Assembly (NCBI GenBank): GCA_015680685.1
Contig: MNCI01001683.1
Coordinates: forward strand, 31,256 to 95,255
DNA: 64,000 nt
Reading direction: 5' to 3'
DNA from: Gnetum montanum
Lineage: Eukaryota > Plantae > Gnetophyta
Positions 26,281-38,600 of the stretch are shown here, one piece after another. The position numbers and the translations under genes are program-made. The notes below the pieces were generated by a model. The model saw only the letters and a list, made by a program, of their open reading frames with translations, made no database searches and was not told the DNA's origin. How positions within the stretch are numbered: the stretch's first letter is position 1; each line of letters opens with the position of its first letter.

Positions 26281-28600
26281 GTCCTACTTATTAATTATGT
26301 AACTCAAAGACATCATGAATATGGGAAATTCAACAAAGTACACATGTACTTTAGACATGTCATTTTGACCTTAGAAATCTTTTTCTTCTCCAACATAAAA
26401 CTTTAATTATAGGCAAAATTTTAAAAAGTAGATAGATTTAAGAACTAATTTTTAAAAAGAAAAAAATAACATAAAATAATTGAATTTTTATTTAAAATAT
26501 TTGTATCATGTATTACAAAGTAAGCTCCAAAAATGCAAATGCAAGTAAGAAACCACAAGAAGAGCTTTAGATGAGTGAACATGGTTTTTGGCCAAGCAAT
26601 GTTTTCAAGAATTAAAAAAATCTTTCCAATGCTTTTTCAATTTCCATGGTGGTACCTTTGTATAGTGTGTAAGTATAAACACACCAAGAATAGGACAACC
26701 AAGAAAGGAGCGAAAACAATTGAGAGTGAGAGTGAGAGTGATGTTAATCTTGCAAAGCCAAATAAATAGCAGTAAGGGCATCCCATCAACAATGGCATCA
26801 ATAGTAACAAGCCTTCATGAAGAAGAAGAAAAAAATATTGCATCCCATGGCATCAATATTAGCCTCAATTATTAATTATGTGAGTCAAAAATATTACATG
26901 AACTTGTTCATAGCTATCTATCCTACAACATTATGATTTTGCAAGACACTAGTTTTGAACTCATTACATGATTCATATTGCTCATGGGCCATGTATTGAT
27001 TATAGGGTTGTAGGATAGATAACAATGTTATGAATTTGATGTCATCAATGATTAAAACTCAACAAAGTATACTTGTATCTTAAACCTAGGTTCTAACCAA
27101 TGGAATCTTTCTTTTCTTTAACATAAAACTTTGGTATAGTCCTACTTATTAATTATGTAACTCAAAGACATCATGAATATTGGAAATTCAACAAAGTACA
27201 CATGTACTTTAGGCATGTGATTTTGACTTCAGAAATCTTTTTCTTCTTTAACATAAAACTTTAATTATAAGAAAAATTTTAAAGAGTAAATTGATTTAAG
27301 AACTACTTTTTTAAAAAAAGGATAACATAAAATAATTGAACTTTTATTTAAAATATTTGTATGATGTACCACAAAGTGTAAGTTCCAAAAAATGCAAATG
27401 CAAGTACGAAATTGCAAGAAGAGCTTTAGATGAGTGAACTTGCTTTTTGGCCAAGTAATATTTTCAAGAATTTAAAAAATATTTCGGGTGCTTTTTGTTG
27501 TTTCTGTAGTGGTACCTCCAATACAATGTGTAAGTATAAAGTATAAACACACCAAGAAGAGGACAACTAAGAAAGGAGCAAAAGCAATTGAGCGTGAGAG
27601 TAACAAGGGCATCCCATCAACGATGGCATCAGTAGTAACAAGCCTTCATGAAGAAGAAGTAGAAGAAAAATATTGCATCCCATGGCATCAGTAGTAGCCC
27701 CAATTATTAACTATGTGAGTCAAAGATACTACATGAACTTGTTTATAGCTATCTATCATACAACAATATGATTTTGCAAAACACTAGTTTTGAACTCATT
27801 ACATGCTTCATATTACTCATGGGTCATCATGTATTAATTATAGGGCTATAGGATAGATAGCAGTGTTGTTCTCAATTTGATATCACCAATGATTGAAACT
27901 AACAAAGTATACTTGTATCTTAAACCTAGGTCTTGACCAATGGAATCTTTCTTTTCTTTAACATAAAACTATGGCATAGTCCCACTTATTAATTATGTAA
28001 CTTAAAGACATAATGAATATTGGAAATTCAACAAAGTACACATGTACTTTAGGCATATAATTTTGACTTTAGAAATCTTTTTCTTCTCTAACGTAAAACT
28101 TTAATTATAGGCAAAATTGAAAAACGTAAAACTTTAATTATAGGCAAAATTGAAAAAAGCAAATAGATTTAAGAACTTTTTTTAAAAAAAGAATATTATA
28201 AAATAATTGAACTTTTATTTAAAATATGCGTTAAGTATCACAATGTCTACGCAAGCAGGAAACTGCAGGAAACTGCAAGAAGAGCTTTAGATAAGTGAAC
28301 TTGCTTTTTGACCAAGTAATGTTTTTAGGAATTAAAAAAATCTTTCGGGTGCTTTTTCGGTTTCGTGGTAGTAGTGTTAAGTATAAACACAGAAAAAGAG
28401 GAAAGAAAGGAGCGAAAGCGATTGAAAGTGGAGTGGAGAGTGAGAGTGAGTGAGAGTGAGAGTGAGGTTAATCTTCCAAAGCCAAACAAACTGCAGCAAG
28501 GGCATCCCATCAACAATGGCATCAGTAGCAGTAACAAGCCTTCAACAATGACATTAGTAGTAGTAACAAGCCTTTTCGAAGAAGAAGAAGAAAATAGCAG
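26281..28600 (+). repeat. Tandem ~835-bp units containing the B3 promoter and first codons. Unit A = 3815-4033 + 13044-13106 + 26281-26859; unit B = 26860-27694; unit C = 27695 into the gene
   Basis: Each unit begins tagcc(t/c)caatta...tatgtgagtcaaa and ends with gtataaacac...gagagtgagagt...caagggcatcccatcaac(a/g)atggcatca...aacaagcctt...gaagaagaag, which is the 5' end of the B3 gene. Confidence 0.9.
28382..28387 (+). promoter_or_regulatory. Candidate TATA box of the B3 gene (copies at ~26674 and ~27534-27547)
   Basis: TATAAA ~130 bp upstream of the first ATG, followed by a GA-rich leader; conserved in all three repeat units. Confidence 0.5.
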
Positions 28601-29435
28601 CAAGGGCAACGCAAGGATAAGCAATGTTGCAGCAGCAACAGCACCAGAATTGATTTCATATATACATGTAGATGCTACTGCTGCTGATGCAACAACAACA
28701 ACACAGACCATGACGACGAGACTGACGCTGCTTTTTGAGAAGGATCTCAAACACAGCGATGTTAACAGAAGACAGAGCAGGTTAGTCATACCTGCGAATC
28801 AGGCACCAACGATCATTGCTACATTGCAGGATTCTGTCCGATCAGCTCTGCAAAATCATCCTGAACGTGGAGTCACCATTGAATTCCATGAACAATTGCC
28901 TGCTGGTCAGCAGCAGCAGCAGGAGCAAGAGTCGAGAAGAGTATGGCCGTGGTTGTTCAAACAGTGGAAGAGCTCTGGATCGTACGTGCTCATTCATGGG
29001 TGGATGGACTTCGTGCTTGCGCGAAACTTGCGCTGTGGATCCAAAGTTCGCTTCTTCTGCGATGAGTCTTCTCACACGTTCTACGTCTCCGCAGTCCCTG
29101 CTCAAGCACAAGCACAAACCCCATCATCATCCAACCAGAACAGCAATGGCAAAGGCGACGGCAGGGGCAGCAGTAGCGGCAGCAATACATCGATGGAAGA
29201 GGAAAAAATGGCGGAATCTGAACCTCAAGATGAAGATGAAGATGAAGCTGAACCTGTAACTGCTGCAGCGCAAGTACTGCAAGTGCAAGTGGAAGAATGC
29301 AGCACAAGAGTGAATAATAATAATAATAATAATAATAATACGATGATGCTAATATTATGCTTATGCCTTCGACTGCGGACTGGCCGCAGCTATGGTGACC
29401 CTGTCCTGTGCCCCACTTGTGAAGGTCGTCTATGA
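28548..29435 (+). CDS. Intronless B3 DNA-binding domain transcription factor (RAV/LAV-like B3), ~295 aa
   Basis: LLFEKDLKHSDVNRRQSRLVIP...WPWLFKQWKSSGSYVLIHGWMDFVLARNLRCGSKVRFF is a B3 domain. The frame is open and retains CpG. The ORF-track start at 28365 is GTG; the first in-frame ATG is at 28548. Confidence 0.9.
   Translation: MTLVVVTSLFEEEEENSSKGNARISNVAAATAPELISYIHVDATAADATTTTQTMTTRLTLLFEKDLKHSDVNRRQSRLVIPANQAPTIIATLQDSVRSALQNHPERGVTIEFHEQLPAGQQQQQEQESRRVWPWLFKQWKSSGSYVLIHGWMDFVLARNLRCGSKVRFFCDESSHTFYVSAVPAQAQAQTPSSSNQNSNGKGDGRGSSSGSNTSMEEEKMAESEPQDEDEDEAEPVTAAAQVLQVQVEECSTRVNNNNNNNNNTMMLILCLCLRLRTGRSYGDPVLCPTCEGRL
29313..29339 (+). repeat. (AAT)9 microsatellite encoding poly-Asn in the B3 gene
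   Basis: Direct reading of the sequence. Confidence 0.9.
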
Positions 29436-32400
29436 ACCATGTTTAACGAATTTGCCTTCCCTTTTGTTTTTTTTTTGTTTTTTGCGTCTGTAATTGCTTA
29501 ATTGTGTGAATTTTTCGAGTACCAACTGTATATGTGATTAAGCTTAAACAAGCTTTCTTATCTCTGGTTAAACTTTAAAGATGGCTGGAAGCTAATGCAG
29601 AATCTANNNNNNNNNNNNNNNNNNNNNNNNNNNNNNNNNNNNNNNNNNNNNNNNNNNNNNNNNNNNNNNNNNNNNNNNNNNNNNNNNNNNNNNNNNNNNN
29701 NNNNNNNNNNNNNNNNNNNNNNNNNNNNNNNNNNNNNNNNNNNNNNNNNNNNNNNNNNNNNNNNNNNNNNNNNNNNNNNNNNNNNNNNNNNNNNNNNNNN
29801 NNNNNNNNNNNNNNNNNNNNNNNNNNNNNNNNNNNNNNNNNNNNNNNNNNNNNNNNNNNNNNNNNNNNNNNNNNNNNNNNNNNNNNNNNNNNNNNNNNNN
29901 NNNNNNNNNNNNNNNNNNNNNNNNNNNNNNNNNNNNNNNNNNNNNNNNNNNNNNNNNNNNNNNNNNNNNNNNNNNNNNNNNNNNNNNNNNNNNNNNNNNN
30001 NNNNNNNNNNNNNNNNNNNNNNNNNNNNNNNNNNNNNNNNNNNNNNNNNNNNNNNNNNNNNNNNNNNNNNNNNNNNNNNNNNNNNNNNNNNNNNNNNNNN
30101 NNNNNNNNNNNNNNNNNNNNNNNNNNNNNNNNNNNNNNNNNNNNNNNNNNNNNNNNNNNNNNNNNNNNNNNNNNNNNNNNNNNNNNNNNNNNNNNNNNNN
30201 NNNNNNNNNNNNNNNNNNNNNNNNNNNNNNNNNNNNNNNNNNNNNNNNNNNNNNNNNNNNNNNNNNNNNNNNNNNNNNNNNNNNNNNNNNNNNNNNNNNN
30301 NNNNNNNNNNNNNNNNNNNNNNNNNNNNNNNNNNNNNNNNNNNNNNNNNNNNNNNNNNNNNNNNNNNNNNNNNNNNNNNNNNNNNNNNNNNNNNNNNNNN
30401 NNNNNNNNNNNNNNNNNNNNNNNNNNNNNNNNNNNNNNNNNNNNNNNNNNNNNNNNNNNNNNNNNNNNNNNNNNNNNNNNNNNNNNNNNNNNNNNNNNNN
30501 NNNNNNNNNNNNNNNNNNNNNNNNNNNNNNNNNNNNNNNNNNNNNNNAAAAGTCTTAAAACATTCATGCATCTACAAAATTTCACATAAGAGCACATATG
30601 AACAATCATGAATCCATTGTGTATATGAAAAAAATTCTAAAATGAAGAAAAACTAGAACAATTTTTAAATTCATTAATACTATTATGAAAAAGGGCACTC
30701 TTACATACACAATTTTGACCTCACTAAAATGAAGTTCCATAAAGAGATGTTCAAATAAGAGAATTGCAAATCTACACATAAATAATACAATGCATTAAAG
30801 AATGCTCACCAAAGCCTTATGGACAAGAGGAGAAAAATTCTCAATTTAACTGACATAAGCAATCTAAGTTACATGAGCGAGGAACTTTACTAGATTCAAA
30901 GCTCATCTAAGAAAAGATTCTTAGTATAACATAATAGAAATATTTAGTCTAGGCTATCCAAAACTCCAAAATTTCAAAGTAATCAATGAGGTCCTCAACC
31001 ACATATAGAACCTTCATAAGAGGAGTAATCAAGGATGTAATAGCCCAAGTAGGTTTAGCCTAAATTCAGTATGTTCAAAAACTATGAACTCATGAACCTA
31101 ACTCGTTGAAGAGAAGAATGGTTAAGGTCAAGGCCAAATAATTATATAAGCATTTTTAACAAATCAACACAAGCTAAGAGAATCACTAGAATGGAAACTC
31201 ATGTACAACCTAAAAATTAAACGGAAAGGAGAAAATAAGACACAAAGTTTGAACATAGGCAAATAAAAAAAAACCCAAGACAAGAATATCTTAAATCAAG
31301 CCTCTTATGAACCCTAAAATAATTGTAATATAAGTACACCCCAAGATATATAGTCCAATTAGAACTTTATAATTCAACATTACCCACCAAAATCGAATCC
31401 ATAACTTAGAGTTTTTAAATCAAGAGTCTTACTACTAGGCTCATCTCATTGTTAATCGAGACTCTTATATACTAATGCAATAATAACCCATATAAAAACT
31501 AAATTCATTGAAGAGAAGAATGATTAAGATCATCTCAAAAGCTAAAATTCCCAAAGATGTTGATTCTTGTATGCACTTTGAAAGCTCACATTCCATTCAC
31601 CTGTCCAAGATGTGGTTTTCAAGATAGATAGGGAAGTGAATTTAATAAGCCTAAAGTCAAAGTGATAGAAGGACATATTTACATATGGAAATACAACAAA
31701 AACAAGTGAAAGTAAGAAGATAAAGTTCAATTTCAAGAAAAGAAAAAGATTAAGTCAAGCAAAATGAACTCTTTTGTAACATAGGAACCAAAGCCATGTA
31801 ATGTCTATTTGGAATTTTTTGCCACAAAAGATAAGATATGAATTTTCCTTATTTTTCCTTTTAGAAAAAGGTTGGTGAACAAATGTAATTAAAGTATGAC
31901 TCTAATCTCTTGTGTCCCTTGAATTTTCTACCTAAATTTTCATCAAATAGGCTTGTCCCATCATATTCTATTATGACCTCATCTTTTGGCTATATATATG
32001 AGGTTAAAATATCATTGTATAGATGTAGAATCAATATAAAAGATTGAGCTACAAATTTCTCTCAAATTATTTCATATTTCATGTTCCACATTTCATCATA
32101 TCTCCATTAAAAATTAGTTTTCAATTTTGAATATCCATCTAATCTACTTTTTTTATCACCCAACATTCAACATCAATTCCCAACAATCCATCAACAATTT
32201 TGAATTTCACGTATTCTCAATTCATCATCCCTAACATCTCTATCAAAGTTTTCACATTAATTTCTCTCAGGTGTGGTCCAGTAGCAAATCTAATAAGGTA
32301 AATTCACTACAACTCATGGTTTACTTGTGGTCTACCACTAAGACTTGTAGTGCACTTGTGATTAACCACCATGAATCATGGTTTTCAATAATTCAAATTT

Positions 32401-33329
32401 CCAATTGTTGATCATCAACACAACATGTGGAGCCCTCATGGTCCACTCGTGAAATCATTAGTATTCATAATTCTTTGTTTCTCATCAAGCCATGGTCATG
32501 GTCCATCACCATAACTCATGATAGACTAGTTGTCTCATGGTCACAGATCATGACTTGTGGTATTTTCAAAAGATTTTAACAAAATTTAGAGGATGAATCA
32601 AGAGTCCATCCAATCAAATTCCCATTAAGGTCAATTAATCATATAAGTGTCTTGAGCAAGTCAACAATACAATGAGAGATGCTCACTAGGATTAAAAATC
32701 ATCAATAATCTAAAAACCAAGTGGAAAAGAGGAAACACATCATAAATATCAACAGATAGGCAAATAATAAAACCCACAATAAGAATAGAGACTCCCATAT
32801 GCTAACGCAATAACAATTCATATGAGTACATGATGAGCCTTATTAAAGCCTTTGAAGACACCATGAGAATGATTAAAGATTGAAAATGAATGTAATGCAA
32901 GAAAGACTTGTGACATAACCAAAACAAAAGAAACACATGCAATCAAACTCAACACATAAATGTAAGTGCAAAGGTTAGTCTTTTAGCAATGACCTTTCTC
33001 CACCCATAGAGGGAGCTTTAAACAAAAGCATACACTATTGTACTTTCATCTAATAAAGAATTTTAGAATACTCACGTAGAATTGAGATCAAACTTAAGTA
33101 TCCATTATTAAGCACTAAAAGTATTGTGATGATAAGTAAAAACTTTTAGATCTAAAGCTTTCTCAATCATTTTAGAATTTGCAAGCTTAACAAAGTAGAA
33201 AAAATATAAAAATATGAGCATACAAAACCTTAATTCTGTAGCATTCAAGAATAGCTTGAATCACTCATACTAAACACTTACTCTAAGCAACAAAATTGAC
33301 AATTGATAGAAAGATATATCAAAAAGTGA

Positions 33330-33965
33330 TTTTTTAATAGAAATTCAAATAAATAATTAGGCAAAACACAATTAGAAGTGTCTTTATAAATTTTTTTGGA
33401 AGATTTTTCAAAAGAATATTTGTGACACTTTATTTAAATTTTGGAGAACTGGGAGGATTAAATTAGAATGGAATGTTGCTTGGATAGTTTTGCTACCAAA
33501 GAAAAAGGATGCAATTAATATTAAAGATTATTGACCTATCGACTTATGTACTTTCTAGAAAATTTGTTCAAAACTTCTAATGCTTTGATTACAAAAGGAG
33601 ATCCGTTATTTAGTTGCTAAAGAACAAGCAAGTCTTGTAAAAGAGAGACACATCTTAGATCATGTGCTTCTAGTGCATGAGATTCTTCATTCAACTCATT
33701 TTAAAAAGAAGCCCAACGTTATCTTAAAGCTCAATATTTTAAAAGCTTATGATACAATCTATTGGAGCTAGATGAAAGTTGTGGTACATAAAATGACTTT
33801 TCCTAATCATTGGATACAAATGCTTGAGGGTTGCTAATAGTGATCTAGATTTTCCATTCCTATTAATGGACATCACTTTGGGAATTTTTCATTGTCAAAT
33901 AGATTATGGTAAGATGATCTTATTTCTCCTTTATTTTAGCCACGGAGGGTTTGGAAGCATACTTG
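33330..33965 (+). mobile_element. Degenerate L1 LINE reverse-transcriptase fragment
   Basis: LLPKKKDAINIKDY*PIDLC...KEQASLVKERHILDHVLLVHEILHS...VILKLNILKAYDTIYW. Confidence 0.8.
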
Positions 33966-35673
33966 AAAAAATTAAAAATAATAATATTATTTTATTATCT
34001 TAGAATAATAATTTCTACGATAAAGATTAAAAAAAAAGAACTTTTATGTGGTCAACCATTTTAAGAAAATATTTCATATTTTAAATTGAAATGCAATATG
34101 TAAATTGTGATCTCATGACAGATGGAAACTTAGGCTATATAAGATATTAATTAAACTTTATTAGGAAAGATTGCTTAGTAGCTTTGTGTCTCAAATAGAC
34201 CATGGGTTTAGGTGATGAAAGTCAAGTACCTGTATGATCACTCACTTTGTTCATGCTCCCAATATTACTAATCCCTCCTCAATTTGGCAAAGACTTCAAT
34301 CTATAAGACATTGGTTTTTTTAGCATGTTTCTTGCATAATTAATGGAAGTGGTGTAACTTAAAGAAGGCTTATACCACTTTATGTCGTGTGAAAAGCATG
34401 CAATATCTAATATGCAACATCCCCATTCCCAAATGGTATTGTGTTGTGTTGTAATGAGGTGTTCTAATTATTGTAATAAGATCCTTAATGAAAAGGCACA
34501 TTGTAATAAATAGGCATATCTCTTTAGGTGACCTTTGAGGATTTGCCTAATGCATTTGTACCAATGGATTAAAGATCATCAACATGAAGTTGCATAGCTA
34601 ATAAAGGTCAATAACAGGTACTGAGTAAGGTGAGATAGGAAGGAACTAGCCATCCCTATTTTAGGCCTAATTGTGATGACAATGCTAGTTTGCCTATAAG
34701 AGATAGATGTCAAAGCAAGATAAGCCCAATGAACTTTTAGAGCATGACCTAGATACACATTATTTGGGGGTGAGATGAAGATCATGTTGGAACCTGAAAT
34801 AATTGAAATATAGGTACACCCCAAGATTTATAGAAGTTTATAACTCAATGTTACTTAGTAGAATCAAACATGTGACCTATAGATACACATTATTTCCTTA
34901 TTTTCCTTATTAATAAAGTTCCTTTTTTATTTCCTTTTGCATTTTCTCTATTGTGTTCAATACACAATGTTGAATGTACCATATATTTGGCGTTTGCCAT
35001 GACATCCAGACACAAGATGTCACATAGCACACATCAAGCATCCCATTTTCATTACTCACATTCATCTCTTTGCTAGTAAAATACTTCATGAAAAATTACT
35101 TGCTAATCAATATTTTGCACAAAAGAATATTACGAAGGATCCATGTTGTCTTATGTTCTTCAACAAGATAAACTAATGATCATCTTTTTATAAATCACCA
35201 AGATATTTGGAATGAGTACAAGTACCCAAAGGTCACCACCTATAGCTAATTTATAAATAATTTTATATTGGCTTGGTGATAACATCTTTATACAGGTCAA
35301 CAAGGTAAAGTGTGGACAACACTTCCAAAATCATGACAATGAAGTGAAGTGTTAGCCTAGTGGTAAGACTCAATTTAAAAGCTCCAAACCATGGATTTGA
35401 TTCAGGTGAGCAATGCTGAGTTACAAAGTTCTAATTAAACCATATTACAATTCTTTTGTGTTCCAACACACATTATCCAATGATACCGTATCATGAAGTA
35501 TAATATTTACCGCATCCATTGAAGGCAAAGTGAGAAAATTTAGAACGGCGAAAAAACAAAACAAATGTTCTTTGGCAGTCTATGGCACCATATATTGCAG
35601 CCCATGTATTTGTTTAACATATTTATTTCAATGACCATAGTGAAACAGGTAAAATCTGATGGACTAGAATTGT

Positions 35674-38600
35674 TTATGGTATGGTGAGTTTCCGAGCAAA
35701 TGGCCTGAGCATGTTCAGCCGCAAAGGAGCTTGGTTCTTCCATTTCAATAATGAAGGTGGAGGAACGCCTTCATGCTCTGCCACTACAATTCAAATGAAA
35801 AAAATAATTGGATTCTGTTGTCGCAAAAAAGTTCTTTAAAATGTTGAAACAACTTTACTTTAAATGTAAATAATTTTCTACAGAAAACAAGAAGCTATTT
35901 TATTGACATGTACATAGGTTTCACAGTACTGAAATATAATACCTAAATGGTCTAGTGCCAGGAAAACCCTTGTGAGTTTCTGACATCTGCATACCTTTCT
36001 GAAACTTCAAGAAAGAGTATGCATAACCATACAAATACCAACTACATAATTACAACGTGATAAAACGCACACTTCCGTTCATAAAATATTTACTGTGATC
36101 TTACAGCATCGAGATAGAGGAGGACTTGCATTATTTAAAAGCAACTTACTGAAACTTGCAGCCACACTAGCCCATAAACCTGCCTCTAGCAAATTTTGAG
36201 TCTTCCACCAACCTAGCAAGAAGCCACCACAGAAGGTATTACCACATCCAGTTGGATCTACCACACTTTCAATATTATTCTCCTCTTGCAATTTGGTTGA
36301 AATGGAATGCAAAGCTGGGATTTCCCATGTTTCTTTTGTATCAGATCTGGCATTCAAAAACGTTAAATATCAGATATCGTATAATCCTCCCCTTCATAAG
36401 ATCATAGAACATTTTGCCGTATAATTATGAATTATCTTACCTATGAACAATGCTTCCAGAAGGACCTCTTCTAAGTGTGATAACCTATAATCAATAGAAG
36501 ATTTAGCACAACATTATGAAACTGAAATTTTATGGCATCCATAAATCCTTTGGATCTATTGGACAGCAGAAATGTATATGCTGAGAGTTTTCAAAATGTC
36601 ATTAAAAAAGTTAATTAAGTGTCCTTGATAACATTTAAAACAAATCAACCAAATCTGAACTGTAATATCCCACTTATGTTTAATATACTCAAATGCAGGG
36701 CATTTCAGAAAAATGTTGGACATTATGTAAAGTATTATGGATTAAAAACAATGAATATATAATAAAAAGCCTAATTTATGAAAAGCAAACCTCAGCTCCT
36801 AGTTCATCAAGTCGTTCAATCATTTCCAACGGTGGACCAGGTCCAACAAGGGAAGCAACTTCTTTTTCATTAGCAGAAAATATGTTTCCAGCAGAAACGA
36901 GAGCCCTGCAAGACACAGATTTCAAAAGGCCTAATTGATTTATTGTGTGGTTAAATATAACCACTATTTTCAAATTCCCGTGATGTAAATATCTTTCATG
37001 CATTCTGACAAAGGTACCTTCACCATTTATGCTATCCAAGATTTGCAGTGCCAATTAAAAATGCAAACAAAGACCACAACAAAATAAAAACAGTTTTGTG
37101 AATATCACTCGGTTAAAATCAAGACGGATAACAAACGATACCTTCAAACAAGCAAAGAAGAAGATAATGGAGGTATTTATTAACATGCAGCCTTTGCAAA
37201 GAGATGAAAATGATAAAATAAACAAAAATTTTAAACACAAACAAGAACTAGATGCATTGAGAATAAAGGAATTCATTTTCATTCTATTGTTGTATATAAC
37301 TAAGCATCGACAAGTACCCTGCTTATACTACTAGGATTATTATATGAATAAAATGACGCAAATATATTCTTTGCTTGCCTGCTAAAGCTGTTATACTTTC
37401 CTGTTCACATAGTGTACAAACACAGACATTTTGTTTCTGAGGGTAGAAAGCAAGGAATTTGAAAATAGTACTTGAATAATGAGAAGGATGTTGTAAACTG
37501 TAAGAAGAAGATTCTAAGATGTTGGATAGCACTTACATAAGTTCTGAGCGTGACACTATATCTAAAGCATGAGTGTAAACTTCTACACTTATAATTTCTG
37601 CTCCACTACCATGAAGTTCATGAAGGAATGGCACATCTCTTCCACTTGGATGAACTCCCACATGATAGACCTTTGCATTTCTGGACAACAGTGAAATGAA
37701 TACAAGTTACTTGTTTTCAGGAGCTCTAGTATCAATGATGAAAATGTCAATTCTAGCAAAATGATAGTTTCCACTCCACTTTTGCATTTTACTTTAAGAA
37801 AAATTTGAGCAAAGTTCATTTTTCAATCCATAAAATAAGAATAAGAATTCAAAGGGAAAGAAATCTAATATCAAACTGGTTGCTGAAAAAAGCTACTTTC
37901 TTCAAAATTAGGATTTTTACTTTCTACTGGTCATGAAGGCAAAATGATGAAACATTCAGAATCAAAATTTGTAAAAATCATAAAATCTTATAAACACAAT
38001 CGATCACCCATTTACAATGCATTGACATCTGCTGTAAGTATTGACCTCCACATTTTATTATATGAAAATGTTATCCAACAAAAGATTTTAGAGTGCTTTG
38101 CATAAAAACAGCAACTGCAAGACTACTGTGAGACTTTGAGAACAGCTTGCCAATTTCAAGCCATACTTCTCAAACTCCAAAGTCTTAAGCAAACAATTTG
38201 AGGATGCATATAGAAGTAAACATGTGTGACTAAGATGAAAATTAAAAGTCAGATTTTTTTTACAAGAACAGTGCAGGAACAGTAACAAATTTTGATTCAT
38301 TAACGTAACGTCTGAACTGATCAGACTTTTGTTTTGTTTTTTTAATAGTAATCATAGCTTTACATATCTCTTGATGAAACATATAAAAAAGAATTTTATC
38401 AATAATATAACACTGGTATACAGCCAGAAATAACTTGCAATCTAATAGACAACCCAAGAATCCGGATCAAAAGTTTATTACATTATTATCTGCTTTCAGA
38501 AAAATAAAAAAAAATCGAATAGAATGGCAGCCTAGGTTTTTTAGATGTGCACATATCTAAACGTAAGCTAAGTGAGGGAAACTGGACATTAGCAGATGGT

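Noticed and set aside
28365-28547. N-terminal 61-aa extension of the B3 ORF in the ORF track
   Set aside because: It starts at GTG upstream of the candidate TATA box and covers the GA-rich leader; the equivalent frame has stops in repeat unit A.
29340-29435. Possible EAR motif (LCLCLRL) at the B3 C-terminus
   Set aside because: It fits LxLxL only loosely and follows a microsatellite; cannot be supported without orthologues.
29558-30611. Long ORFs of 337-344 aa (and the X-filled ORFs at 8955-9548)
   Set aside because: They are open only because they run through N gaps.
30548-33300. Possible LTR or retroelement remnant (TATA-like at ~31990; segment 31308-31410 repeated at ~34790-34880)
   Set aside because: Probably TE-derived, but no termini, PBS or coding motifs could be defined.
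35350-35420. tRNA-like sequence (TAGCCTAGTGGTAAG...)
   Set aside because: The B-box is degenerate and there is no cloverleaf; at most an old SINE head.
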